Assembly: GCA_948434855.1 (NCBI GenBank)
Contig: CAOJFR010000002.1
Span: forward strand, 21,195-85,194
Direction of reading: 5' to 3'
Length of the DNA stretch: 64,000 nt
Source of the DNA: an uncultured Clostridia bacterium
Lineage (GTDB): Bacteria > Bacillota > Clostridia > Christensenellales > UBA1242
Shown: positions 1 through 8,521 of the stretch, one piece after another
Layout of the letters: each line of letters opens with the position of its first letter
Numbering within the stretch: position 1 is the stretch's first letter
The notes under the pieces: model-generated
What the model saw: only the letters and a program-made list of their open reading frames with translations
Told to the model about the DNA's origin: nothing
Databases searched by the model: none
Position numbers and translations under genes: made by a program

Positions 1-29
1 GATACATACAATGAATTATAGGAGAAATT

Positions 30-2456
30 ATGTTAACAAAAGCACAACAAAATTTGGCAGAAGAAGAACTAAAAGCATACCTACTCAGCTACTATGGTGT
101 TAGTATAAGTGAAGCAACAAACAAGCAATTATATCTAGCACTTGCCAAAGTAACAAATGCGATATTATTTGCGAAACGTGGAAAAATAATGAACGAAAAA
201 AATCGTGAAAAAAAAGTTGTTCATTATATGTCCATAGAGTTTTTGCTTGGTAGAAGTTTAAGAAATAATCTTTGGAATTTAGGTCTAGAAGAAACATTTA
301 AAGAACTTTTAAATAAGTCAGGCAAAAACATAAGCGAAGTTTATGATGAAGAGCAAGATGCAGGGCTTGGAAACGGCGGTCTAGGAAGGCTTGCAGCGTG
401 TTATCTAGATTCTCTTGCAACCCTTGGATATTCTGCTGTTGGTCATACAATTAAGTATGAATATGGTCTCTTTAAGCAAAAAATCAAAGACGGAAAGCAA
501 GTTGAAGAGTCTGACAGGTGGCTAGACACTGGTGATGTATGGTTAAATAAAAGAGAAGATCAAACAGTAGAGGTCAGCATTGGTGGAAAATTAATTCAGC
601 ATTATGATGAGTCAAAGGGACTATACTATGAAGCTGTAGAAGAAACCAAGGTTCGTGCAATTCCATATGATATGCTCATTAGTGGTTACAATTCAAACAC
701 TTCGTCTGTTTTAAGACTTTGGGAAGCAAAGGCAGAAGAAGATATGGATTTAAGGCTCTTTAACATGGGCGAGCATGAAAGTGCGCTCAAAAATGACGCT
801 TTGGTCAATAGAATAAATAAAATCTTATATCCAGCAGACAATAATGAAAATGGAAAAGTGCTAAGGCTTATTCAAGAATACTTTTTGGTGTCTGCGTCAA
901 TGCAAAACATATTAAACAACTATTTTGCACAGCACGATAGTTTAAGTAGTTTTCCAGAGCTTTTGTCCGTTCACATCAACGACACTCATTGTGCATTCTG
1001 CATTGCAGAGTTAATGAGGCTGTTAATAGACAAATATAATTTTGGTTGGGAAGCAAGTTGGAATGCAATCAAAAAAACAATAAGTTACACAAATCACACA
1101 ATTTTAAGTGAAGCCCTAGAAGTTAAAAACATGATAAGAATTGAAAAATATATGCCAAGAATAGCTTTAATTCTTCGTGAATTAGACAGAAGGTTCAGAA
1201 TAGAACTTGGTGAATTTTTCAAAAATGATTCAAAAAAAATAGAAGAGCTTGCAATTGTTAGTGGAAACAATGTATACATGGCAAATTTGTCAATTTATGC
1301 AAGTCACAACATTAATGGTGTTGCCGAAATTCATAGTCAAATCTTGCAAACAAGACTGTTCAAAGATTATGCCATTTTATATCCAATGCGTTTTAAAAAT
1401 GTCACAAATGGCGTAACACATCGCAGATGGCTTTCTCAATCAAACCCACTACTTAGTGATTACATAAAATCACTTATTGGTGATGGTTTTTATGAAGATG
1501 CCACAAAACTAGAAAAGCTTAAAGAGTTTGAAAATGATGAAAGCGTGCTAAACAAAATTGCAGAAATCAAGTTCCAAAACAAGCAAAGGCTAGCAGACTA
1601 TGTTTTAAAAACACAGGGCATAGAAATTGATCCAAATGCAAGGTTTGACATTCAGGTCAAAAGAATACATGAATACAAAAGGCAACTATTAAATGTATTA
1701 AAAATAATATATTTAATGTGTCAAATTCGTGAAAATCCAACAGAAGAAGTAACTCCTCAAGTGTTCATTTTTGCAGGCAAAGCAGCATCAAGCTACAAAG
1801 TTGCAAAAAGAATAATAGAGCTAATCAATCATTTAGCAAAAGAAATAGATGAAGACCCACAACTCAGTGGCAAAATTAAGGTAGTGTTCTTAGAAAACTA
1901 CAGTGTAACAATGTCAGAACTTTTAATGCCGGCAACAGAAGTGTCAGAACAAATTTCACTTGCAGGCAGAGAGGCTTCAGGAACCGGCAACATGAAAGCC
2001 GTGCTAAACGGAGGTCTCATGCTTTGCACAATAGATGGTGCCAACATAGAAATCTGTGATCATTGTGGGCATGAAAATATGTTTGAGTTTGGCTTAACTG
2101 CTGAAGAAGCAGAAAAAATAAAAAGCCGTGGCTATAATGCAATGGAATACTACATTGGCAATGAAAACATCAGAAAGGTCATAGACAAGCTTGGCTCAGG
2201 CATTGGCGGAGAAAGGTTTGATGATGTGGTAGACTATTTGCTTGGACACTCTACAAACAGAGATGTATATCTTTGCCTTGCAGACTTTGATGCATATATT
2301 GAGGCTCACTTTAAGATGGATAAGGTCTATAAAGATAAGAGCGAGTGGAACAAAAGGTCACTTCACTCAATTGCGTCAATGGGATATTTTGCTTCAGATA
2401 GAAGCGTTCAAGAATATGTAGAAAAAATTTGGCATCTTGCTAAAAACGAAGAATAA
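30..2456 (+). CDS. glgP: Glycogen/maltodextrin phosphorylase (GT35)
   Basis: 808-aa ORF after RBS AGGAGA; PLP-lysine motif EASGTGNMK and N-terminal GLGNGGLGRLAAC signature. Confidence 0.95.
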   Translation: MLTKAQQNLAEEELKAYLLSYYGVSISEATNKQLYLALAKVTNAILFAKRGKIMNEKNREKKVVHYMSIEFLLGRSLRNNLWNLGLEETFKELLNKSGKNISEVYDEEQDAGLGNGGLGRLAACYLDSLATLGYSAVGHTIKYEYGLFKQKIKDGKQVEESDRWLDTGDVWLNKREDQTVEVSIGGKLIQHYDESKGLYYEAVEETKVRAIPYDMLISGYNSNTSSVLRLWEAKAEEDMDLRLFNMGEHESALKNDALVNRINKILYPADNNENGKVLRLIQEYFLVSASMQNILNNYFAQHDSLSSFPELLSVHINDTHCAFCIAELMRLLIDKYNFGWEASWNAIKKTISYTNHTILSEALEVKNMIRIEKYMPRIALILRELDRRFRIELGEFFKNDSKKIEELAIVSGNNVYMANLSIYASHNINGVAEIHSQILQTRLFKDYAILYPMRFKNVTNGVTHRRWLSQSNPLLSDYIKSLIGDGFYEDATKLEKLKEFENDESVLNKIAEIKFQNKQRLADYVLKTQGIEIDPNARFDIQVKRIHEYKRQLLNVLKIIYLMCQIRENPTEEVTPQVFIFAGKAASSYKVAKRIIELINHLAKEIDEDPQLSGKIKVVFLENYSVTMSELLMPATEVSEQISLAGREASGTGNMKAVLNGGLMLCTIDGANIEICDHCGHENMFEFGLTAEEAEKIKSRGYNAMEYYIGNENIRKVIDKLGSGIGGERFDDVVDYLLGHSTNRDVYLCLADFDAYIEAHFKMDKVYKDKSEWNKRSLHSIASMGYFASDRSVQEYVEKIWHLAKNEE

Positions 2457-2474
2457 TAGGCAAAGGGGGACTGT

Positions 2475-4250
2475 ATGGAAAGTTTAGCCTACTTTGACCC
2501 TTTGCTTTTTAAATGTCCAAAGGGTGCAATAACAAAAGGCACAGAAGTTCAGTTCAAAATAGAAGTAAACTTAGATTGTGTTTGCAATGAAGCATATTTA
2601 ATGCTTAGGGAAGATTCCAGCTCAGACTATAGCTACATTCCAATGGTCAGGGAAGAAAATTTCTTTTATGTCACGGTTCCGTTTAAGACGCATGGTCACT
2701 TTTGGTATAATTTTAAATTAAATTATAATGATTTTTCAAAATATTTAAGCAAAACATACAACACTTTTTCCGAGGTATCAGATCAAAAAGGTGAAGACTT
2801 TTTGCAGCTCGTAACAGAAAAAGAGTATGAGTGCACAAATTCGCTTCAGGGCGGAATAATCTATCAAATCATGGTTGATAGGTTCTGCAAGGTTGGAGAG
2901 GTTCAAACAAGAGAACCATTAATTTTAAGAGACGATTGGGGCGGTGCAATAAAAAAGAATACAGAAAACCCACTAATAATCAACCTAGAAGTATTTGGCG
3001 GAAACTTTGCTGGAGTAGAAAGCAAACTCAGCTTTTTAAAAGAGCTTGGTGTTACCACAATATATTTCAATCCAATCAGCATGGCAAATAGCAATCACAA
3101 ATATGACACAGCAGACTACAATCACGTAGACCCAATGTATGGTTCAGACCAAGACTTTGCAAATTTGGTTAAAAAGGCAAAAGAAAAAGGGATAAAAATT
3201 GTTTTAGATGGAGTATACAATCACACAGGCAGTGACAGTGTATATTTCAATAAAAATAAAAGGTTCCCAACTCTTGGTGCATACAACAGCAAAGAGTCAC
3301 GATACTATGATTGGTATGATTTTGATAATTATCCAAACAGCTATGGCAGTTGGTGGGGAATAGATACTCTTCCACATATTAAGCATAATAGCCAAGAGTT
3401 CCAAGATTTTATTGCTGGTGAAGGTGGCGTCATTGAAAAATATATGAAAATGGGCGTTGCGGGCTTCAGGCTAGATGTTGTTGATGAAATAACCGACGAG
3501 TTCACAAAAAAAATCTCAGAGCGAGTAAGGTCTTTTGGCAAAGACGCTCCAGTCATTGGCGAGGTTTGGGAAGACGCTTCAACAAAAACAAGCTATTCTG
3601 CCAGAAGAAAATATTTCACAGAAAACGAACTAAATTCAGTAATGAATTATCCGGTTAAAGAGTCAATAATAAATTATTTAAGAAGTAAAGAGCCCTATGA
3701 CTTGCATTCAACATTAAGGATGCTATTAAATAGTTATCCAAAAGTGGTGTTAGACAATCTCATGAATTTTTTAACAACTCATGATACGGGCAGAATTTTC
3801 TCAGAAATAAAGTCAATCACAAATGGAGATGCAGAGCTAGCATTAACCTATTTAAAAATTGCAACAATAATAATGTTCACACTCCCAGGGGTTCCTTCAA
3901 TATTTTATGGTGATGAATATGGAATGGAAAATAACGACGGCAGCTCAAGGGGCTGTTATGATTGGAAAAATTATAACAACGACATTTTTAAGTGGTATAA
4001 AAAGCTCACAAAAATAAGAAAACTTCCAGTGTTCAAAGATGGCGAACTTAACATTCTGTTTGCAAAAAACGGAAAATTTATTTTTGAAAGATATTCAAAA
4101 ACAGAGCACATAATAGTTCTAACAAACCTAAAAGAGTCAGAACTAGACATAAACTTAAACTCATCTTTTCTTTCTTTGTTAACCGATAAAAAGGTAGAAA
4201 GCTTTAAACTAAGGCAAAATGAAATAGAAATTTTATATGAAAAAAGGTAA
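2475..4250 (+). CDS. GH13 alpha-amylase-family glycosidase (neopullulanase/cyclomaltodextrinase-like)
   Basis: 591-aa ORF 19 nt after glgP; GH13 conserved regions GFRLDVVDE, GEVWED, FLTTHD. Confidence 0.85.
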   Translation: MESLAYFDPLLFKCPKGAITKGTEVQFKIEVNLDCVCNEAYLMLREDSSSDYSYIPMVREENFFYVTVPFKTHGHFWYNFKLNYNDFSKYLSKTYNTFSEVSDQKGEDFLQLVTEKEYECTNSLQGGIIYQIMVDRFCKVGEVQTREPLILRDDWGGAIKKNTENPLIINLEVFGGNFAGVESKLSFLKELGVTTIYFNPISMANSNHKYDTADYNHVDPMYGSDQDFANLVKKAKEKGIKIVLDGVYNHTGSDSVYFNKNKRFPTLGAYNSKESRYYDWYDFDNYPNSYGSWWGIDTLPHIKHNSQEFQDFIAGEGGVIEKYMKMGVAGFRLDVVDEITDEFTKKISERVRSFGKDAPVIGEVWEDASTKTSYSARRKYFTENELNSVMNYPVKESIINYLRSKEPYDLHSTLRMLLNSYPKVVLDNLMNFLTTHDTGRIFSEIKSITNGDAELALTYLKIATIIMFTLPGVPSIFYGDEYGMENNDGSSRGCYDWKNYNNDIFKWYKKLTKIRKLPVFKDGELNILFAKNGKFIFERYSKTEHIIVLTNLKESELDINLNSSFLSLLTDKKVESFKLRQNEIEILYEKR

Positions 4251-4277
4251 ACATAAAATTGTTTACCTTGTTTTTTT
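4244..4277. terminator. Bidirectional rho-independent terminator between convergent genes
   Basis: AAGGTAAAC / GTTTACCTT stem, 8-nt loop, A-run upstream and T7 run downstream. Confidence 0.8.
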
Positions 4278-4305
4278 ATACTCAAAATAATAAAAATAAT
4301 ACATT

Positions 4306-4818
4306 TTAACTATATTTTATAAATATTGTTTTAGCTTTGTTAATTAAAAACTTTTTATATTTTTTTGGATCTCTTCTAATGTTGCTACTGCTAATATTAA
4401 TTTTAGAGCGGTCAAAACCAACAAAACAAATTTCAGGAAAAGTCTGTTTGCTAATTTCCAAAAAATTTTCATCCACAAACCAAGTGCAAAAGTGGTGCCC
4501 AGTTGTGGCAAAAAGACATTTTTTCCAATTATCTAAGTTTTCAGGATAAGCTTCAAGCATACCTTGTTTTAGTGTTTTAACCTTAATGTTTTTGTTTTGC
4601 TTAAAAATTTCGCTAAGCCATTTCGCTCTTGTTTTTGGAGAAATAAAGCAAATCCCCGCATCCTTGCAAAGTTTGTGAGAGCGGTTTTCACTGTCAGCAA
4701 CCACAACAAAAAGCCTGTCACAATTCTTTGCACAATCAAAAATTTTATCAATGTGTCCCAAATGTGGCGGCAAAAACTTTCCAATAAACAACCCATAAAC
4801 TTTATTTCTTTGTCTCAT
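4306..4818 (-). CDS. Cytidylyltransferase-fold nucleotidyltransferase (NMN adenylyltransferase-like)
   Basis: 170-aa ORF; N-terminal GKFLPPHLGH (HxGH nucleotidyltransferase motif) and C-terminal ISSSNIR (ISSTxxR-like). Confidence 0.6.
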   Translation of the reverse strand: MRQRNKVYGLFIGKFLPPHLGHIDKIFDCAKNCDRLFVVVADSENRSHKLCKDAGICFISPKTRAKWLSEIFKQNKNIKVKTLKQGMLEAYPENLDNWKKCLFATTGHHFCTWFVDENFLEISKQTFPEICFVGFDRSKINISSSNIRRDPKKYKKFLINKAKTIFIKYS

Positions 4819-4983
4819 GCTTTTTTCCTAGTGCTAAAATCCAATTATAAAAAACTTCAATCAGCTGTCAATTTTATCAAAATTTTCATAATAACTTGCC
4901 TTAAAAAAACTTGCAATTTTTAAGTATAAAAAAATAATATAATATTTAAAAAAAATTGTAAATAAAAAGCAATAACATTTAAT

Positions 4984-5880
4984 TTATTCCCAAAGATTTT
5001 TAGGATAAATTTCTTTATTAATAAGTTTCAAAATTTCAGCTTTCACAAAGTCAAGGTCTTCAAAATAAGTTAGCCCCAGCCATTTAGATGGTGAAAAAAT
5101 AGTTCTAACAAAGCATTCATTGTTTTTTACTGCCTCAGAAACAACGCTTGGCAAAAAAAACTCACTATTCATAGGGTCAATATTTAGGTCATTTAAAAAT
5201 TTAAAAAATGCCGCATCAACAAATTCAAAAATTTTAGGCGTAAAGCCAAATAGGTTCATAGAAACTTTTGTTTCAGGTTCAATAAAACAATTTTCAAAAC
5301 TCAGCAAGTTTGTGGAAAAGAGTTTATTGTCTTTTCTTTCAATTTTGCATTCTTCAATGTCAGTCAAAAACCCATTATTAGTTTTGCAAACACCTCTTTT
5401 CACATCGCCACTAGGCGAAAGTGTGCTAATAACATCAAAAAGAATCATTCCAAATTGGTTTTCATCTTTGTTTTGCTTCAAAAAGTTTGCAATAAGCATA
5501 AAAGATTCTCTGCCATAAAAGTCGTCTGCATTAATCACAACAAAAGATTCGTGAATAATATTTTTGAGCAAATAAACAACGTGTCCCGTTCCAAGGGGTT
5601 TACTTCTGCTTGCAAATCTTAAATATTTTTTATTTATCTCCTCATTTTCCTGAAAAACATAAGTCACTTTAATTTTCTTGGCAATTCTGTTTCCAATAGA
5701 TTCTTTAAAAAGACTCAGATTTTGTTTGCGAATAACAAAAATAACTTCGCTAAAACCAGACAAAATAGCATCATAAACAGAATAGTCTATCAAAAAATTT
5801 CCTTGCTCATCAATGGGCTGAAGTTGTTTAAGCCCTCCAAATCTGCTGCCCATCCCAGCAGCCATAACAACTAAAACCAT
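4984..5880 (-). CDS. Sugar-phosphate nucleotidyltransferase family protein
   Basis: 298-aa ORF; N-terminal MAAGMGSRFGGLKQL glycine-rich NTP-transferase loop. Confidence 0.65.
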   Translation of the reverse strand: MVLVVMAAGMGSRFGGLKQLQPIDEQGNFLIDYSVYDAILSGFSEVIFVIRKQNLSLFKESIGNRIAKKIKVTYVFQENEEINKKYLRFASRSKPLGTGHVVYLLKNIIHESFVVINADDFYGRESFMLIANFLKQNKDENQFGMILFDVISTLSPSGDVKRGVCKTNNGFLTDIEECKIERKDNKLFSTNLLSFENCFIEPETKVSMNLFGFTPKIFEFVDAAFFKFLNDLNIDPMNSEFFLPSVVSEAVKNNECFVRTIFSPSKWLGLTYFEDLDFVKAEILKLINKEIYPKNLWE

Positions 5881-5993
5881 ATTTTCTCCTAATTCATACT
5901 ATGAGCTATGTGTTTTAGTCGTGCGAAACATTTTTAAACTTTTATTTTGAATTATTTAAGGTTTGTGATAAAATAATAAAACAAGGAGAAATT

Positions 5994-6539
5994 ATGAAGT
6001 TTTTAGTAGCAAGTGACATTCATGGCTCAGCAGAGGGAGCAAGGGCAATAGCAGAAAAATTTGTCAAAACAGGCGCAGATAAAATTATAATTTTAGGTGA
6101 TATATTATATCATGGACCAAGAAACGCCCTTCCAGAGACATATAATCCAATAGAAGTTGCACAAGTTTTGAATGAAATATCAAAAAATATTATTGCCATA
6201 AAAGGAAATTGTGATGCCGAAGTAGACCAAATGGTCTTAAATTTTTCTCTAAGCGATAGTGCCATAATAATGCTAAATAATAGAGAAGTTTTGCTCACAC
6301 ATGGTCAGCACATAAATCCAGAAAAACCTGCAAAAATAGCAGATGGAGCAGTGGTTTTATATGGTCATTTCCATAAAATAAGCAAAAATATAATAAATAA
6401 TGTGGTTTATATCAATGTTGGAAGCATAGCAATCCCAAAGGGAGAAACCGTAAAATGTTATTCGCTTTTAGATGAAAATGGCATAAATTTTTATGATTTA
6501 AATGACAACTTAATAAAAAGTTTTGACTTTAGTCTTTAG
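5994..6539 (+). CDS. yfcE: YfcE-type metallophosphoesterase
   Basis: 181-aa ORF; SDIHG, GDILYHGPRN, KGNCD, GHFH metallophosphoesterase motifs; RBS AAGGAGA. Confidence 0.8.
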   Translation: MKFLVASDIHGSAEGARAIAEKFVKTGADKIIILGDILYHGPRNALPETYNPIEVAQVLNEISKNIIAIKGNCDAEVDQMVLNFSLSDSAIIMLNNREVLLTHGQHINPEKPAKIADGAVVLYGHFHKISKNIINNVVYINVGSIAIPKGETVKCYSLLDENGINFYDLNDNLIKSFDFSL

Positions 6540-6569
6540 GGATATAAAAAATAATTTTGTTAAAAACAC

Positions 6570-6599
6570 TTGAAATTTTTATAAGTGTTGTGATAATAT
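6570..6599 (+). promoter_or_regulatory. Sigma-A type promoter with extended -10
   Basis: TTGAAA at 6570-6575, then TGTGATAATAT (TGn + GATAAT/TAATAT) 16-18 nt downstream; directly precedes the riboswitch-like element. Confidence 0.6.
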
Positions 6600-6603
6600 A
6601 ATT

Positions 6604-6695
6604 GTAACCATAAAGAGCACATGAGGGACAGCCCCGTAGATTGTGCAGCAACCTGCTTAGTTTGTGCAAGGTGCTAAAGGCTGAACTATGGTAAC
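6604..6695 (+). promoter_or_regulatory. SAM-I (S-box)-like riboswitch aptamer lacking the P4 stem
   Basis: Closing helix ACCATA/TATGGT. Ordered core signatures are AAAGAGC, GCACA/TGTGC (P2a), GAGGGAC-AGCCCC, GTAGA (k-turn-like), AGCAACC and AAGGTGCTAAAGG. Confidence 0.6.
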
Positions 6696-6707
6696 ACACT
6701 CCCTTTA

Positions 6708-6734
6708 GCCCATCTGAAAAGATGGGCGTTTTTC
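6708..6734 (+). terminator. Riboswitch expression-platform terminator
   Basis: GCCCATC-TGAAAA-GATGGGC then GTTTTT. CCTTTAGC (6702-6709) can instead pair with GCTAAAGG (6673-6680) of the aptamer. Confidence 0.75.
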
Positions 6735-6747
6735 TTGCAAAAATTTC

Positions 6748-6775
6748 TTTACAAAGCTTAAAACGAATATATAAT
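6748..6775 (+). promoter_or_regulatory. Possible second promoter between riboswitch terminator and polymerase gene
   Basis: TTTACA, 16-nt spacer, TATAAT. Confidence 0.4.
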
Positions 6776-6811
6776 AAAAATAAGGCTTATAATGATTAAA
6801 AAAGGTTAGCT

Positions 6812-8140
6812 TTGGGTGAAAAGGTGAAAAGAGAAATAAATCAAAATGAAAAAGAAAACTTAAACTCTCCAGAAGAAGAAAAGAGGGTTTATTTTGTTAT
6901 AGACATGAAGTCTTTCTTTGCTTCAGTAGAGTGCAGTGAAAGGGGAATAGATCCATATAAGTCATGCTTGGTTGTTGCAGACCCAGCAAGGGGAACCGGC
7001 GGAATCTGCCTTGCAGTTTCACCAAAAATGAAGTCACTCGGCGTTCCAAACAGATGCAGGCTCTATGAAATTCCAAAGGAAATAGATTATATCATTGCAA
7101 AACCCCAAATGAAAAAATATATAGATTATGCTGCAGAAATTTATGGAATATATTTAAAATACATAGACAAAAAAGATATTCATGTATATTCAATAGATGA
7201 GTGTTTTATTGATGCAACAGACTATTTAAAATTATACAAGTTAAAAGCAAAAGAGTTTGCGATAAAGCTTATGAATGAAATTTATAGCAAACTACAAATT
7301 CCGTCATCTGCGGGCATTGGTTCCAATTTATATTTAGCAAAAATTGCGTTAGATATCACAGCAAAAAAATCGCCAGATCGCATAGGCTGGTTAACAGAAG
7401 CAAAATACAAAGAAACACTTTGGAACCATACTCCAATAACAGATTTTTGGCAAATTTCAGATGGCACAGCAAAAAGGCTAAGCAAGCTTGGCATTCACAA
7501 TATGGCAGACCTTGCTCATACTGACGAAAATTCAATTTACGAAGCCTTTGGTATAAATGCGGAGCTATTAATTGACCATGCTTGGGGAAGAGAGAGTTGC
7601 TTAATTTCAGATATAAAGTCATATAAGCAAAAATCAAAATCAATAGGAAATTCACAAATTCTCCCATGCAATTATGATTATAAAAGTGCAAAGCTTGTGC
7701 TGAGTGAAATGATACAAAATGGGTGCTACGAGCTTGCAAAATATCATTATGTCACCAGCGCAGTATACATCACTATTGGCTATGGCGACAGAGAGACCAA
7801 ATCATCAAAAGGCACTGCAAGGCTAGGCTCCACAACAAACCTCTATAGGTTAATTGCAAACTCCGCAGAAGACTTGTTTGAAAGAATAGCAAATAAGGGA
7901 AAAATGATAAGAAGAATAAGTTACGAGTTTCTAAATTTGCAAAATGAAGAAAAAGAGCAGTATGATTTTTTTACAGACCTTGCAGAGATAAAGAAAGAAA
8001 AAAAGTTAGTTAAAAGTGTAATAGACATTCAAAAAAAGTTTGGAAAAAATGCGGTGTTAAAGGGCATAGATTTGCAAAAAGATGCAACGCAAAAAGAAAG
8101 AAACAAATTAATAGGGGGTCATAATAGTGGAGAGAACTAA
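6812..8140 (+). CDS. Y-family (DinB/UmuC/ImpB-type) translesion DNA polymerase
   Basis: 442-aa ORF; N-terminal FVIDMKSFFASVE and SIDECFID catalytic-acid motifs. Start is ambiguous (TTG 6812 or GTG 6824; no in-frame ATG nearby). Confidence 0.85.
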   Translation: MGEKVKREINQNEKENLNSPEEEKRVYFVIDMKSFFASVECSERGIDPYKSCLVVADPARGTGGICLAVSPKMKSLGVPNRCRLYEIPKEIDYIIAKPQMKKYIDYAAEIYGIYLKYIDKKDIHVYSIDECFIDATDYLKLYKLKAKEFAIKLMNEIYSKLQIPSSAGIGSNLYLAKIALDITAKKSPDRIGWLTEAKYKETLWNHTPITDFWQISDGTAKRLSKLGIHNMADLAHTDENSIYEAFGINAELLIDHAWGRESCLISDIKSYKQKSKSIGNSQILPCNYDYKSAKLVLSEMIQNGCYELAKYHYVTSAVYITIGYGDRETKSSKGTARLGSTTNLYRLIANSAEDLFERIANKGKMIRRISYEFLNLQNEEKEQYDFFTDLAEIKKEKKLVKSVIDIQKKFGKNAVLKGIDLQKDATQKERNKLIGGHNSGEN

Positions 8141-8141
8141 A

Positions 8142-8453
8142 ATGCCCAGAGGCGACAGAGCAAAACAATTCATGCCCTTTGATGCACTAAAGGGTTTAAA
8201 GCAAGCCTTAAGAGAAAAAGAGATAGAACATGAAAGTGGCAATTTTCCAGAGCTTTCAGATGATGAAATAAAGCAAATTTCAGAAACATTGTTAAGGCTT
8301 TGCAGTGAAGATGAAGTTAAACTTTCATATTACGAAAATGGATATGTTTTAAACTTGCAGGGAAAGGCAAGTTTAAAAAAGAATGATAGACTAATAATTG
8401 TAAATGGCAAGCAAATAAAGCTAGACATGATAGTATTTATAGAAAAAGTTTAA
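8142..8453 (+). CDS. YolD-like protein (UmuD-analogous partner of Firmicute Y-family polymerases)
   Basis: ATG 2 nt after the polymerase stop, with RBS GGAGAG; N-terminal PRGDRAKQFMPFDAL resembles the YolD family; conserved pairing with a Y-family polymerase. Confidence 0.6.
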   Translation: MPRGDRAKQFMPFDALKGLKQALREKEIEHESGNFPELSDDEIKQISETLLRLCSEDEVKLSYYENGYVLNLQGKASLKKNDRLIIVNGKQIKLDMIVFIEKV

Positions 8454-8521
8454 AACAAGACAAATCATCGCAAAAACACCAAAGTTTCAAAAGTCTCATA
8501 ATATAGCACAAAAGGAGAATT

